A model generated the notes under the pieces. That model was not told the origin of the DNA, searched no databases, and saw only the letters and a list, made by a program, of their open reading frames with translations. The position numbers were made by a program, and so were the translations under genes. A stretch of DNA of 39,044 nt, taken from the IMG/VR virus record IMGVR_UViG_3300045988_154294. One strand, given 5' to 3'. This stretch comes from a virus. Below are positions 18,119 through 26,773 of this stretch, piece by piece (the first letter of the stretch is position 1; each line of letters begins with the position of its first letter).

Positions 18119-20105
18119 TCAACTTAACTATACCTTTGCGTTTGACTACATTAACGTGAAGTATGTTAAGGCAACCATTAATAATGGCAGACCGTTGCAA
18201 TGGGGAACTGATTATGTTGTAAATGGACATACCTTAACGCTCACCAAAACCCCTACTAATGGAGCACTACTGTTAATCTACCGTGAAACACCAACAGACA
18301 AAACCGTTGAGTGGTACGACAGTAGTATTTTGAGAGCTAAGGACATGAACCTCTTTAACACTCAGTTGCTACATGTGAATGAAGAAAACGTAGACAGGTT
18401 GGCTGATAGTGGTATTCAAGAAGATAAATTAGATAAACGATGGGACGCACGCTTAAAGAACATTAAGAATCTCAAAGCCCCTGCACGTGATGACGAAGCA
18501 GTTAACTTAGGGTTCTTAAAGAAAACCCAAGAATCATACCTTAATGCCAGCCAAGCGAAAGTCAATGAAGCCACCACACAGGCAACCAATGCAAAAACCA
18601 GTGCTAATGACGCTAAGAAGTATGCAGAACAAGCAAAGGTTAGTGCAGGGGACGCTGAAGTGTCTAACCAACATGCAGAACTTAAGGCAAGTGAAGCTGA
18701 CGCAAGTGCTACCCAAGCAACACGCATGGCAACCAATGCGAGCAATAGTGCTACCAGTGCAAGCCTTAGTGAAACCAATGCGAACACCAGTGCAGTTAAC
18801 GCAAAGGCTCATGAAGATAAAACACAAGAGTACATGGAAACTACACTGGCGTATAAGCTTGATGTTGAACGATATGCAAACAATGCGAATGACAACATGG
18901 TACAAAGTGCTACCTATGCAGAAGAAGCAAGGGCGTACCGTGATGAAACTAAGGCAATCGCTGGTGGAGATTATGTGACTAATAGTGACTTTGATAGTTA
19001 CAAGCAGAGTGTACCAAACGATATTAAGGCTGAAGTAGATAGTCATAATAAATCACTAGACGCTCACTATCAGTTGTTTGAAGATGTTAACCAGAAGTTA
19101 GACACAAAAGCAACCAAGAACGAACTGAACACGATGAAAGACAACGTGAACACTCAGTTGGCACTAAAAGCAAGTACTACAGCAGTCAATGATTTAAAAC
19201 GTGCAGTTGATACCAAAGCGAACACTTCTGATTTATCTTCAAAACGTGATATTTCTAATGCTGACTTCAATAAACTAATTGCTGTTCGTGCAGGCTCATA
19301 CAGTAATATCCGACTATACAATGATGAAGGTGAATATACAGCATTTGAAGGTGTACCACAGAGTAATACTCAATACATGGGTTCATTTATTAAACGTAAT
19401 AGTGATAATACAGCTACATTGAATTTTGTGCGTATTCCAAATAAAACAGGTGTAGTTGCATTAGAAGATGATATGCGAAACCTTCAAGCCTTATTGCATA
19501 AATTCCCAGATAATACATCATTTACTAACTTGTCAAATGTTCAGTGGAATCAAAAAGGCTTATTTAGTTGCTTTATTGCTAAGAATGGAAAGGTTGAAAA
19601 GCAACCTACGCAATACGGGCAACTTATTAATTTACCACCGAGCGAGTATTCAAACAGTCCAGAGTGTGCTCAATTATGGATAGAGCAAGCTGGTGCTTCT
19701 GTATGGACACGAGGTGGGAATGCCGCACAAGCAGTAAAAGATAGAGCATTTAGACGATTAGCATTTATTGATGAAATTCCTAACATTACTGGTTTGCTCA
19801 ATAGACGCTATATTGTTGACAGTTGGCACAACCCAGCGAACGGCGATTATTGGAGAGAATGGAGTGACGGTTGGTGTGAGCAAGGAGCATTTTATCCTAC
19901 TAACAGTACATCAGCAACGGTATCGTATCATAAACCATTTAGAAACCCACCAATACTAACAATTACTAGCAGGACAGCTCAAGAGGCGAGTACGCAAACA
20001 ACGCTAGCAATATTTAAAGCACCAACGAATACAAATTTTATAGTGACATTACAGCGTGATAACCGACAAGGTTTCTATTGGAAAGCTGAGGGATATAAAG
20101 CATGA
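18069..20105 (+). CDS. Tail fiber protein, gp17-like
   Basis: 678 aa. The N-terminus aligns with T7 gp17: SILRAKDMN vs SILRAYDLN. This is followed by an Ala/Thr/Asn-rich coiled-coil segment and a C-terminal globular domain. The start overlaps the gp16 3' end by 50 nt. Confidence 0.9.
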   Translation: MDNRTYKTKVYLTCSNSQLNYTFAFDYINVKYVKATINNGRPLQWGTDYVVNGHTLTLTKTPTNGALLLIYRETPTDKTVEWYDSSILRAKDMNLFNTQLLHVNEENVDRLADSGIQEDKLDKRWDARLKNIKNLKAPARDDEAVNLGFLKKTQESYLNASQAKVNEATTQATNAKTSANDAKKYAEQAKVSAGDAEVSNQHAELKASEADASATQATRMATNASNSATSASLSETNANTSAVNAKAHEDKTQEYMETTLAYKLDVERYANNANDNMVQSATYAEEARAYRDETKAIAGGDYVTNSDFDSYKQSVPNDIKAEVDSHNKSLDAHYQLFEDVNQKLDTKATKNELNTMKDNVNTQLALKASTTAVNDLKRAVDTKANTSDLSSKRDISNADFNKLIAVRAGSYSNIRLYNDEGEYTAFEGVPQSNTQYMGSFIKRNSDNTATLNFVRIPNKTGVVALEDDMRNLQALLHKFPDNTSFTNLSNVQWNQKGLFSCFIAKNGKVEKQPTQYGQLINLPPSEYSNSPECAQLWIEQAGASVWTRGGNAAQAVKDRAFRRLAFIDEIPNITGLLNRRYIVDSWHNPANGDYWREWSDGWCEQGAFYPTNSTSATVSYHKPFRNPPILTITSRTAQEASTQTTLAIFKAPTNTNFIVTLQRDNRQGFYWKAEGYKA

Positions 20106-20398
20106 TTGGGACTAAGATTTATAAAGACAAACTAGACAACTACACCGAGGTAGCCCAGTGGTGTAATGCTAATAATGCTACTATAGTAGAACGTGAAGAC
20201 TACTATGAGGTAGTACCAGTAGTCCACATTGAAACCCTTGAAGACCAAGAGCGTAAACTCTTTGAGAAAATCGAGGTACTCAAAAGTGCATACGCTGGAG
20301 CAATGCTCATGGGTAATGATGTGACTGAACTAGAAGCAAGTTTTAAGGAACTAACAGGTAAACTTGCAGAAATTCAAGCTAAGGAACGAAAGGAATAA
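20102..20398 (+). CDS. Hypothetical protein downstream of the tail fiber, possibly a fiber-associated chaperone
   Basis: 98-aa ORF whose start overlaps the tail fiber stop (ATGA). No motif recognised. Confidence 0.45.
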   Translation: MIGTKIYKDKLDNYTEVAQWCNANNATIVEREDYYEVVPVVHIETLEDQERKLFEKIEVLKSAYAGAMLMGNDVTELEASFKELTGKLAEIQAKERKE

Positions 20399-20401
20399 CT
20401 A

Positions 20402-20920
20402 TTGGAAAATATACCTTTGAAAGCGTTTCAAAACGCCCTAAATATGTCACTATTGATTAGTATTCTTGTCTTTGCCGATGTAATTACCAAATGGTTTTGC
20501 ATTATAGACAGATATAACAGGGACAACAATAAAGAATGCAGTTTTGTAAATACATTCAGGGGAATGTTCTTCAGAGCATGGCAAGAGGGATATTTAGAAA
20601 GTAGAAAATTTAGAGAGGAACTAGGGAAGAAATCAAGAGCATATGGTATATCAATACTGGTAGCCATTGCCGTGTACCTATTCCCAGACTTTACAGTACA
20701 AGGTGTACCAGCAGATGAAGCACTCAGTTTTATCATTTATCTTTCGATAGTGGTAGCTGAGTGCTTTTCTATTGTAGAAAATTTGAAAGAAATGGGAGTA
20801 AAAGAAGCAAGTTTTGTAAGGGACGGACTTTTAGCAGTCTTAAGGAAATTCGGTGTAACCCCTTCGCCAGACCTAACTAGACAATCAGAAAGGAAAACGA
20901 ACAAAGATGAATCAAATTGA
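20402..20920 (+). CDS. Holin, three TM segments, TcdE/holin_4-like family
   Basis: Three hydrophobic segments (LLISILVFADVITKWFCII, ISILVAIAVYLFPDF, SFIIYLSIVVAECFSIV). The C-terminal SIVENLKEMGVKEASFVRDGLLAVLRKF resembles the TcdE/holin_4 family. It lies directly upstream of the endolysin. The start is TTG 20402, after an AAAGGAA box; an alternative ATG lies at about 20444. Confidence 0.6.
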   Translation: MENIPLKAFQNALNMSLLISILVFADVITKWFCIIDRYNRDNNKECSFVNTFRGMFFRAWQEGYLESRKFREELGKKSRAYGISILVAIAVYLFPDFTVQGVPADEALSFIIYLSIVVAECFSIVENLKEMGVKEASFVRDGLLAVLRKFGVTPSPDLTRQSERKTNKDESN

Positions 20921-21416
20921 TTTTCAAGACCTTAGCATGTTCACAGTACCAGCTAGAGGACAAATCAATCGTATTTACCTTCACTGGACAGCAGGCAGAT
21001 ACGGACAGCACTTTAGTGACTACCATTTGAACATTGACGCTGACGGCTCACTATGGACTGACATGTATGACTTTACAGACAAAAAGGCACACACATGGAG
21101 AAGAAATAGTAATGCTATTGGTATTGCCCTTGATTGTGCTTATGGCTCATCGATTGATACTAATGGTTACGTCACTCATGGGGACTATCCGCCAACGGAA
21201 GCCCAGCTTGACACACTGGCTAAAGTAGTGGCTAAAATTTGTATCGAAATTGGTACTCCTATTTGTTACCCTACAGTCATGACACACGCTGAAGTTGCTG
21301 ACATTGACGGTTATGGTATTCATGATGATGACCCAGATATGCGGTGGGACTTGTATGGCTTAGGGGACGAAATTCGATATAGAGCACAGAGGTATGCGTA
21401 TGATTGGGGGTATTAA
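20907..21416 (+). CDS. Endolysin, N-acetylmuramoyl-L-alanine amidase (Amidase_2/PGRP fold, T7 lysozyme family)
   Basis: 169 aa. YLHWTAGRY...YHLNIDADG...NSNAIGIALD...PTEAQLDTLAKVV...MTHAEVA carries the amidase_2 pattern H...Y...H. It overlaps the holin 3' end. Confidence 0.85.
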   Translation: MNQIDFQDLSMFTVPARGQINRIYLHWTAGRYGQHFSDYHLNIDADGSLWTDMYDFTDKKAHTWRRNSNAIGIALDCAYGSSIDTNGYVTHGDYPPTEAQLDTLAKVVAKICIEIGTPICYPTVMTHAEVADIDGYGIHDDDPDMRWDLYGLGDEIRYRAQRYAYDWGY

Positions 21417-21963
21417 GAAGACAATCAGAATCTTTGTAAGTGTCTTATTCGTTGGACTTTTAGCTACTGGCTTATGGTTTTACCTTTATCAAAACCCACC
21501 CGACAGTCCACAACAACAACCACCAGTTACCACAAAGAAAGACCCAGTAGTCATTGACCACAAGACAACCAACACCACTACTTACCAGTATGTTCCTAAG
21601 GTTACACCTTATGATGCTGATGTAGAAGTTGTGTCTGCCCCTAAGCCAATCGTTGTAAGTATCAATGGTGAAAGGCATGAGATACCTACAGGAGAAGTTA
21701 AGGAAAGTCACAAGTTAGACAATGGCAAGCTAGTGGTTACTGAAGAACGTGAAGTGAAACTTAACTTGACCGTACCAGAACAACCTAAGTTTAAAAAAGG
21801 GGTATACATCGAGAATGACTTAAGCAAGGGTACTCAGGATATTAATGTAGGTGTACGTGCAAGTTATCAGACAAAAGACTTTGATGCAGACCTTAAAGCT
21901 GAACTATGGACTAAAAAGGATAAAGACAAAAGAATTACAGCTACTATGACCAAGTGGTTTTAA
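21394..21963 (+). CDS. Membrane-anchored lysis-accessory protein, possibly i-spanin-like
   Basis: 189 aa. N-terminal TM anchor IFVSVLFVGLLATGLWFYLY, a Pro/Gln-rich linker, then a polar extracytoplasmic domain. It overlaps the endolysin 3' end. No embedded lipoprotein (o-spanin) ORF was seen. Confidence 0.4.
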   Translation: MRMIGGIKKTIRIFVSVLFVGLLATGLWFYLYQNPPDSPQQQPPVTTKKDPVVIDHKTTNTTTYQYVPKVTPYDADVEVVSAPKPIVVSINGERHEIPTGEVKESHKLDNGKLVVTEEREVKLNLTVPEQPKFKKGVYIENDLSKGTQDINVGVRASYQTKDFDADLKAELWTKKDKDKRITATMTKWF

Positions 21964-21977
21964 TAGACATTCAATTT

Positions 21978-22356
21978 GAAGTGCTGGAAGCGTACCACAG
22001 AGCGTTTCTAGCACTTCTAATTGTTTTCTAATGGTTTTATATAGGAGAAGAAACAATGAGTAAGAAAATACGTTTGAGAGTACCTAAAAAGATATCTTAT
22101 GCAAAAGCAATCAGAGAAAAATGTTTAGAATGCACATGCAATCAACCTAATGAAGTCAAATATTGTACCATTACTGATTGTGCATTATTCCCTTATCGTT
22201 TTGGTACAAGTCCTGAAACGTATCTCAAACGATATGAAGAAAATATTATTGTTATTAAATAAACCTACTCACAGAGCGTTTTAGCACTTAACTATTTTAA
22301 CTAGGGTAATTACACCTGAAAACAATTAGAAGTGCTGAATCGCATTCCTGAGTAGG
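21978..22356. repeat. Nested direct and inverted repeats flanking the Cys-rich ORF
   Basis: CACAGAGCGTTT(C)TAGCACTT occurs directly at about 21996 and 22269. AGCACTTCTAATTGTTTTC at about 22010 is repeated as a perfect inverted copy, GAAAACAATTAGAAGTGCT, at about 22317. There are local hairpins GAAGTGCT/AGCACTTC, and outer arms ACCTACTCA (22262) and TGAGTAGGT (22348). Confidence 0.8.
22056..22262 (+). CDS. Small Cys-rich (zinc-ribbon-like) protein
   Basis: 68 aa with CLECTCNQPNEVKYCTITDC. A GGAG box (ATATAGGAGAAG) precedes the ATG. Repeat elements flank it on both sides. Confidence 0.5.
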   Translation: MSKKIRLRVPKKISYAKAIREKCLECTCNQPNEVKYCTITDCALFPYRFGTSPETYLKRYEENIIVIK

Positions 22357-22361
22357 TCATT

Positions 22362-22631
22362 TTGTATAGAAAGGAAAGTATGGACAAGAAGAAGCCTACA
22401 GTTTTTGACAAACGAGCGGTTATTGATACCATTGCAGAACTGGAAGTTATGGCGTTAAAGGAAGGGCTGGAAGACCCAGAGTTAAGACGCAACCCAGCAT
22501 TCCTTGAAAAAGTAAGACGATTTATGAAAGACCACAAACTTGAAACAACAGCCAATTTGACCACCATTGTTACAAAGGCTATCGAACAACCAAAAGAAAT
22601 TCCTATTTTTGATGATGAGGACATGGACTAA
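22362..22631 (+). CDS. Terminase small subunit (DNA maturation protein A), gp18-like by size and position
   Basis: 89 aa, the same length as T7 gp18, and immediately upstream of the large terminase. The annotated start is TTG; an in-frame ATG 18 nt downstream follows an AAAGGAAAG box. Confidence 0.55.
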   Translation: MYRKESMDKKKPTVFDKRAVIDTIAELEVMALKEGLEDPELRRNPAFLEKVRRFMKDHKLETTANLTTIVTKAIEQPKEIPIFDDEDMD

Positions 22632-24334
22632 TGGCAAGCTATAAGTGGAGTAAAGAACAAGTTCAGAAAGCTAAAGAAGACTTTCGAGTGTTCCTATTCA
22701 TTGTATGGGACAGCATTAGTCTCCCAGAGCCTACACCAGTGCAGTATGATATTGCGAATTGTCTACAGCATTTACCTAATGACCGATTTATCATTCAAGG
22801 TTTTCGTGGTGTAGCCAAGTCGTTCATCAGTTGTGCTTTTTGTGTTTGGTCTTTATGGCGAGACCCTCAGCTTAAAATTGAAATCGTTTCGGCTTCTAAA
22901 GACCGTGCAGACGCTAATGCTGTCTTCATCAGGAATATCATTCGGACTATTGACTTCCTTGAACACCTCTTGCCCCGCAAAGGACAACGAGACACTCAAA
23001 ACCAATTTGATGTTGGTGAAGCAGTGCCCGATATTTCACCTTCAGTTAAGTCCGTAGGCATCACAGGACAAATTACTGGTAGTCGTGCTGATATTCTATT
23101 AGCTGATGACGTAGAAATTCCAAACAATAGTGGTACTCAGGTACAACGAGATAAGCTAGGGGAAGCTGTAAAAGAGTTTGACGCTATTATCAAACCTGAA
23201 GGAAATATCATTTACCTAGGAACACCTCAAAATGAAATGAGTTTGTACAATGAGTTACAACAACGTGGCTATAAGACACGCATATGGACAGTTATGTACC
23301 CTGAGAATGGTACTGAAAGGGAATTCTATGGAGACCGCTTAGCTAAACTCATTGCTGACAAGTACGATAGTGACCCAGAGCAGTGGGCGGGTAAACCAAC
23401 AGACCCCAAACGATTTAATGAAGAAGAAATTTATAAACGCCGTTTGTCTTATGGCAAGGCGGGGTTCGCCCTTCAGTTTATGCTTAACACTAACCTCAGT
23501 GACGTTGAGAAGTATCCTCTCAAAGTGGCTGACCTTATTGTGTCTTCTTTAGACCCTGAGGAAGCAAGCTTGACCTATAGTTGGTCTAATGAGCGAATGC
23601 ACAGGCTTCAAGATGTACCATGTGTTGCCCTTAAGGGGGACTATTATCACGAACCAAACAGTCGTAGTACGGAAACAGTACGTTATACAGGCTGTTGTAT
23701 GGCGATTGACCCCAGTGGTAGAGGTAAAGATGAGACCGCCTATGCAGTCATTAAGTACCTCAATGGTTACCTATTTATTATGGAAGTAGGGGGCTTTAGA
23801 GATGGCTATAGTGACAGCGTGTTGCAACAACTGGCGAACAAAGCGAAATACCATGGTGTCAACGAGATTGTCATCGAGGGCAACTTCGGGGACGGTATGT
23901 TTACCAAACTGTTCACACCAGTGGTCATTAGAACCCACCCATGTGCTATTAGTGAGGTCAAGAATTATACCCAGAAGGAAGCACGCATTATTGACACTTT
24001 AGAACCTGTCATGATGAGACACAAGTTGATTGTGAATACTCAAGTTATCATTGATGACTTTGCTATCTATGAGATGAACCAGCAGTATTCCCTCTTTTAC
24101 CAGTTAACACGCCTCAGTAGGGACAGAGGAAGCCTTGCTCATGATGATAGGCTTGATGCTGTTACCATGGCTGTTAAGTACTGGTTAGACCAAATGGACA
24201 GAGACGAACAAGTTGGTATGAATGACCTTATGGAGCAACAACTGGAACAGTGGTTAGACCCAGACCGAGGTGTTCTATGGAAAGAAGATACTGTTGACGT
24301 AAGGGGACACTTCAATTACATTAAGAAATTCTAA
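22631..24334 (+). CDS. Terminase large subunit, gp19-like
   Basis: 567 aa. QGFRGVAKSFISCAFCVWSLWRDPQLKIEIVSASKDRADANAVFIRNII, SPSVKSVGITGQITGSRADILLADDVEIP and DPSGRGKDETAYAV match T7 gp19 closely. Confidence 0.95.
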   Translation: MASYKWSKEQVQKAKEDFRVFLFIVWDSISLPEPTPVQYDIANCLQHLPNDRFIIQGFRGVAKSFISCAFCVWSLWRDPQLKIEIVSASKDRADANAVFIRNIIRTIDFLEHLLPRKGQRDTQNQFDVGEAVPDISPSVKSVGITGQITGSRADILLADDVEIPNNSGTQVQRDKLGEAVKEFDAIIKPEGNIIYLGTPQNEMSLYNELQQRGYKTRIWTVMYPENGTEREFYGDRLAKLIADKYDSDPEQWAGKPTDPKRFNEEEIYKRRLSYGKAGFALQFMLNTNLSDVEKYPLKVADLIVSSLDPEEASLTYSWSNERMHRLQDVPCVALKGDYYHEPNSRSTETVRYTGCCMAIDPSGRGKDETAYAVIKYLNGYLFIMEVGGFRDGYSDSVLQQLANKAKYHGVNEIVIEGNFGDGMFTKLFTPVVIRTHPCAISEVKNYTQKEARIIDTLEPVMMRHKLIVNTQVIIDDFAIYEMNQQYSLFYQLTRLSRDRGSLAHDDRLDAVTMAVKYWLDQMDRDEQVGMNDLMEQQLEQWLDPDRGVLWKEDTVDVRGHFNYIKKF

Positions 24335-24374
24335 TGGTAGTGGACTTTTTAGTGAGAATGTTTTTGAGAATTTC

Positions 24375-24397
24375 TAATTGGAACACTATATAGCCAT
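24375..24397 (+). promoter_or_regulatory. Degenerate copy of the phage RNA polymerase promoter
   Basis: TAATTGGAACACTATATAGCCAT shares TAATTGG.ACACTA with the consensus, but the initiation region diverges, with A at the predicted +1. Confidence 0.3.
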
Positions 24398-24398
24398 T

Positions 24399-24421
24399 TA
24401 ATTGACACACTAATAGGAAGA
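24399..24421 (+). promoter_or_regulatory. Phage RNA polymerase promoter (phi-OL-like position)
   Basis: TAATTGACACACTAATAGGAAGA. It aligns with K11 AATTAGGGCACACTATAGGGAGA and T7 TAATACGACTCACTATAGGGAGA, with +1 predicted at G 24416. It lies 65 nt after the terminase gene. Confidence 0.6.
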
Positions 24422-24619
24422 AGGGGAAAACAAAAGAAAAACTAAAGGTATATATAAAGACACCTAAAGGTATTACTTAAGTATTCCTTATTTTTCTAAC
24501 TGGTGAGATATCCTTTAGCATACTAAAGTATTCTCATAGCACCAGTACATGAGCTGGTCTTTAGCTGACAAAGAGCATAACCACCAGCTTCATATGAATT
24601 AAATATTGGTTTTCCTATA

Positions 24620-24668
24620 GGGGACTTGCATGGAACGCTACTTGTTTCTGTAAGTCCCCTTTTTTTAT
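24620..24668 (+). terminator. Terminator-like hairpin with U-tract immediately upstream of the integrase
   Basis: GGGGACTT...AAGTCCCC forms an 8-bp stem with a 24-nt loop, followed by TTTTTTTA. It ends 1 nt before the integrase TTG. Confidence 0.45.
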
Positions 24669-24669
24669 C

Positions 24670-25989
24670 TTGAAAGGTAGTGTTACTAAAGTGTTATCAG
24701 TAAGAACTTTTGCAAACCGTATAGGTGTTACTGAAGCGACAATAAGGACAAAACTCAAAAGTATGTCAAACTTAAGGAAAGACCAAAGCGGACGTTACAT
24801 TCTAAGTGAAGAAATCTATTCACAATTCCTTTACAAATTTTATACTAGATTATATGCTAAAGATAGCCATAGTAAAGTGTTTGTCCAACAGAAAGGACAC
24901 ACAATGCTAAGTAAAGGAAAAATCAATAAAGTTACCAAAAAATCTAATGGTAAGACCTATTATTACTTGTCACAATTCCCGATAGGGTATGATGTCAATG
25001 GAGAAGTAATATATAGGAACTCTAAAGGACTACCATCAAGAGCTGAATGTGAAGCACTGAGACAACAATGGATAACTGAAAGGGAAGCACCAAAGTACAA
25101 CCCTATGTCATTCTATAATTACTGTAAGAACCTCTATGAGAATGACAAGACACTAGCTGAATCCACTAAATACTTTCACTTAAAGGTTATCAATAAGCAC
25201 CTCAAAGACTACTTCTCAGATGTCCCTTATAATGAGATAACCTCAAAGATACTCAATGACTACACTGAGCACCACTTAAAGAGTAGCATATGGGGAGTAC
25301 GAGTGGTTATTACTAAGGCACTTCATGAGTTGTACCGAACGGAAGTCATTGAGCGAGACCTAAGCCAACTAGTGAAATATCCAAAGGAACACCACAGAGC
25401 GAAAAAGAAACCTTTGTCTAGTCAAAATGTCAAACTGGTATTTCAGTATTTCAAATGGCACAGACTGGAGCACGCAATACAACTTCTATTTAAGACTGGT
25501 GTTCGTGCTGGTGAGCTACTGGCGCTCCATTGGGATGACATTGAGCTACTTGATGATAACCTCATAGTTACTCATGTGTCTAAATCCATTGCAATCACTG
25601 ATGCAGGGTACATCGTGAAAGAGCCTAAGAATAGGAGTAGCATTCGAGAGGTCTACACGTATGACGAGGAGCTATGGCAACTCTTAAAGACAGCCAAAGA
25701 CAACTCAAAGACCAAATGGGTAGTACCTAACAGAAGCAATACGTCATACTTGCAGTACAACAGTTTGACCCGCTTCATGAGAGAGGCTGGAGAGACCATT
25801 GGACTCCCTGAGAGACTAACTCCTCACGTTGCAAGACATACTTATATATCTTCATGTCTTCACAAGGGTATCAATGCTGAGTATATAGCCCCTCAAGTAG
25901 GACATACAGATACCACAATGATATATAAGGTATATGGTAAAGCTACTGAAAAGATTAAAGACATATTCAAAAATGTGTCAAACTATTAG
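24670..25989 (+). CDS. int: Tyrosine recombinase / integrase
   Basis: 439 aa. GVRAGELLALHWDDIE is box I with the Arg; HVARHTY is H-x-x-R; VGHTDTTMIYKVYG carries the His and Tyr. A helix-turn-helix-like N-terminal arm is present (RIGVTEATIRTKL). Start is non-ATG: TTG 24670 or GTG 24691; the first in-frame ATG is at 24763 and has no RBS. Confidence 0.85.
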   Translation: MKGSVTKVLSVRTFANRIGVTEATIRTKLKSMSNLRKDQSGRYILSEEIYSQFLYKFYTRLYAKDSHSKVFVQQKGHTMLSKGKINKVTKKSNGKTYYYLSQFPIGYDVNGEVIYRNSKGLPSRAECEALRQQWITEREAPKYNPMSFYNYCKNLYENDKTLAESTKYFHLKVINKHLKDYFSDVPYNEITSKILNDYTEHHLKSSIWGVRVVITKALHELYRTEVIERDLSQLVKYPKEHHRAKKKPLSSQNVKLVFQYFKWHRLEHAIQLLFKTGVRAGELLALHWDDIELLDDNLIVTHVSKSIAITDAGYIVKEPKNRSSIREVYTYDEELWQLLKTAKDNSKTKWVVPNRSNTSYLQYNSLTRFMREAGETIGLPERLTPHVARHTYISSCLHKGINAEYIAPQVGHTDTTMIYKVYGKATEKIKDIFKNVSNY

Positions 25990-26087
25990 TCAAACTCATG
26001 TAACAAGACTAGCAACCATCAGGAATGCATGGTAAAATACATAAAAACTTGACGAATGGTTCAGGAATCACTGGTTTAGCCATTAGT

Positions 26088-26115
26088 TTGACCTCATATT
26101 TTGACAACATATAGT
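26088..26115 (+). promoter_or_regulatory. Candidate host σ70 early promoter
   Basis: TTGACC, a 16-nt spacer, then TATAGT. A second TTGACA overlaps it at 26101. Confidence 0.3.
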
Positions 26116-26529
26116 TACAGTTGGACAAACACTAGATATGGCAAAAGGTAAAAATTGGTAAAAATTTGTGAGCCCATATGTATCCTTTAGAAATTTCTCA
26201 TGTCCCCCATAGGGCTGTCTCAAAGCTCATCATATCAATTCACTACTCTTGTTCTCCTATCTTATTATTCAATTTATAACGTAGGTGAGTGGGACGTTTC
26301 ATGTCCAGCTAAAGGCAGTCGATACCAGCGTTACTCCCTAGGATAACCATTAGCTAATTCATCAGCACAACTAAAGTCTAACTCATAGTATTATCTCAAA
26401 ACAACAATACACATCAACACAGTATAACGTATGGTCTAACATACAGTAATATCTAAAGTCTTACTCAAGACTAACAACAGTATCTCAATCTATTAAACAA
26501 AGGGAATACCTTCCCTTAAACCCTTGTAT

Positions 26530-26593
26530 CTTTTGATAACCAATGGTTTAAACTAAAGATTATTCACATATTTAAACCATTGGTTATCAAAAG
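26530..26593. repeat. 23-bp perfect inverted repeat with an 18-bp spacer
   Basis: CTTTTGATAACCAATGGTTTAAA, then ctaaagattattcacata, then TTTAAACCATTGGTTATCAAAAG. Confidence 0.9.
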
Positions 26594-26598
26594 ACCGT

Positions 26599-26773
26599 CC
26601 ACCAGTGACCAATAGACAACATAGAGCAACTAAGGTATAAAACCTCTAAAAGAATACTGGTGTATCATAGAAGTATAACCAGTGGTGCACATAGAGACAA
26701 CCAATAGACAAGACACAAGTAATCGAGGTGGATAACTCAAGAAATCAATAGACCATAAAGGGAATACCTCAAG
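26599..26773. repeat. Iteron/arm-site-like direct repeats
   Basis: CCAATAGACAA occurs at about 26608 and 26701, and a variant (TCAATAGACCA) at 26747. CCAGTG...CATAGAG occurs twice (26602, 26680). AAAGGGAATACCT occurs at 26500 and 26757. Confidence 0.7.

Noticed and set aside
18416-19046. Overlapping ORFs in several frames and on both strands within the tail fiber gene (18416..18787 -, 18534..19046 -, 18544..18978 +)
   Set aside because: They arise from the low-complexity Ala/Thr/Asn/Gln-rich coiled-coil coding segment of the fiber. Only the gp17-like frame aligns with T7 gp17.
22027-22050. CTAATGGTTTTATATAGGAGAAG upstream of the Cys-rich ORF as another phage promoter copy
   Set aside because: It shares only TAAT.GG and AGGA.A.G with the consensus and the CACACTA core is missing. 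It is more likely just the RBS region of the ORF.
26281-26420. Possible tRNA in the noncoding region after the integrase
   Set aside because: No cloverleaf-compatible segment was found: no GTTCGA/T-loop box with an acceptor stem complement. The region is repeat-rich but not tRNA-like.
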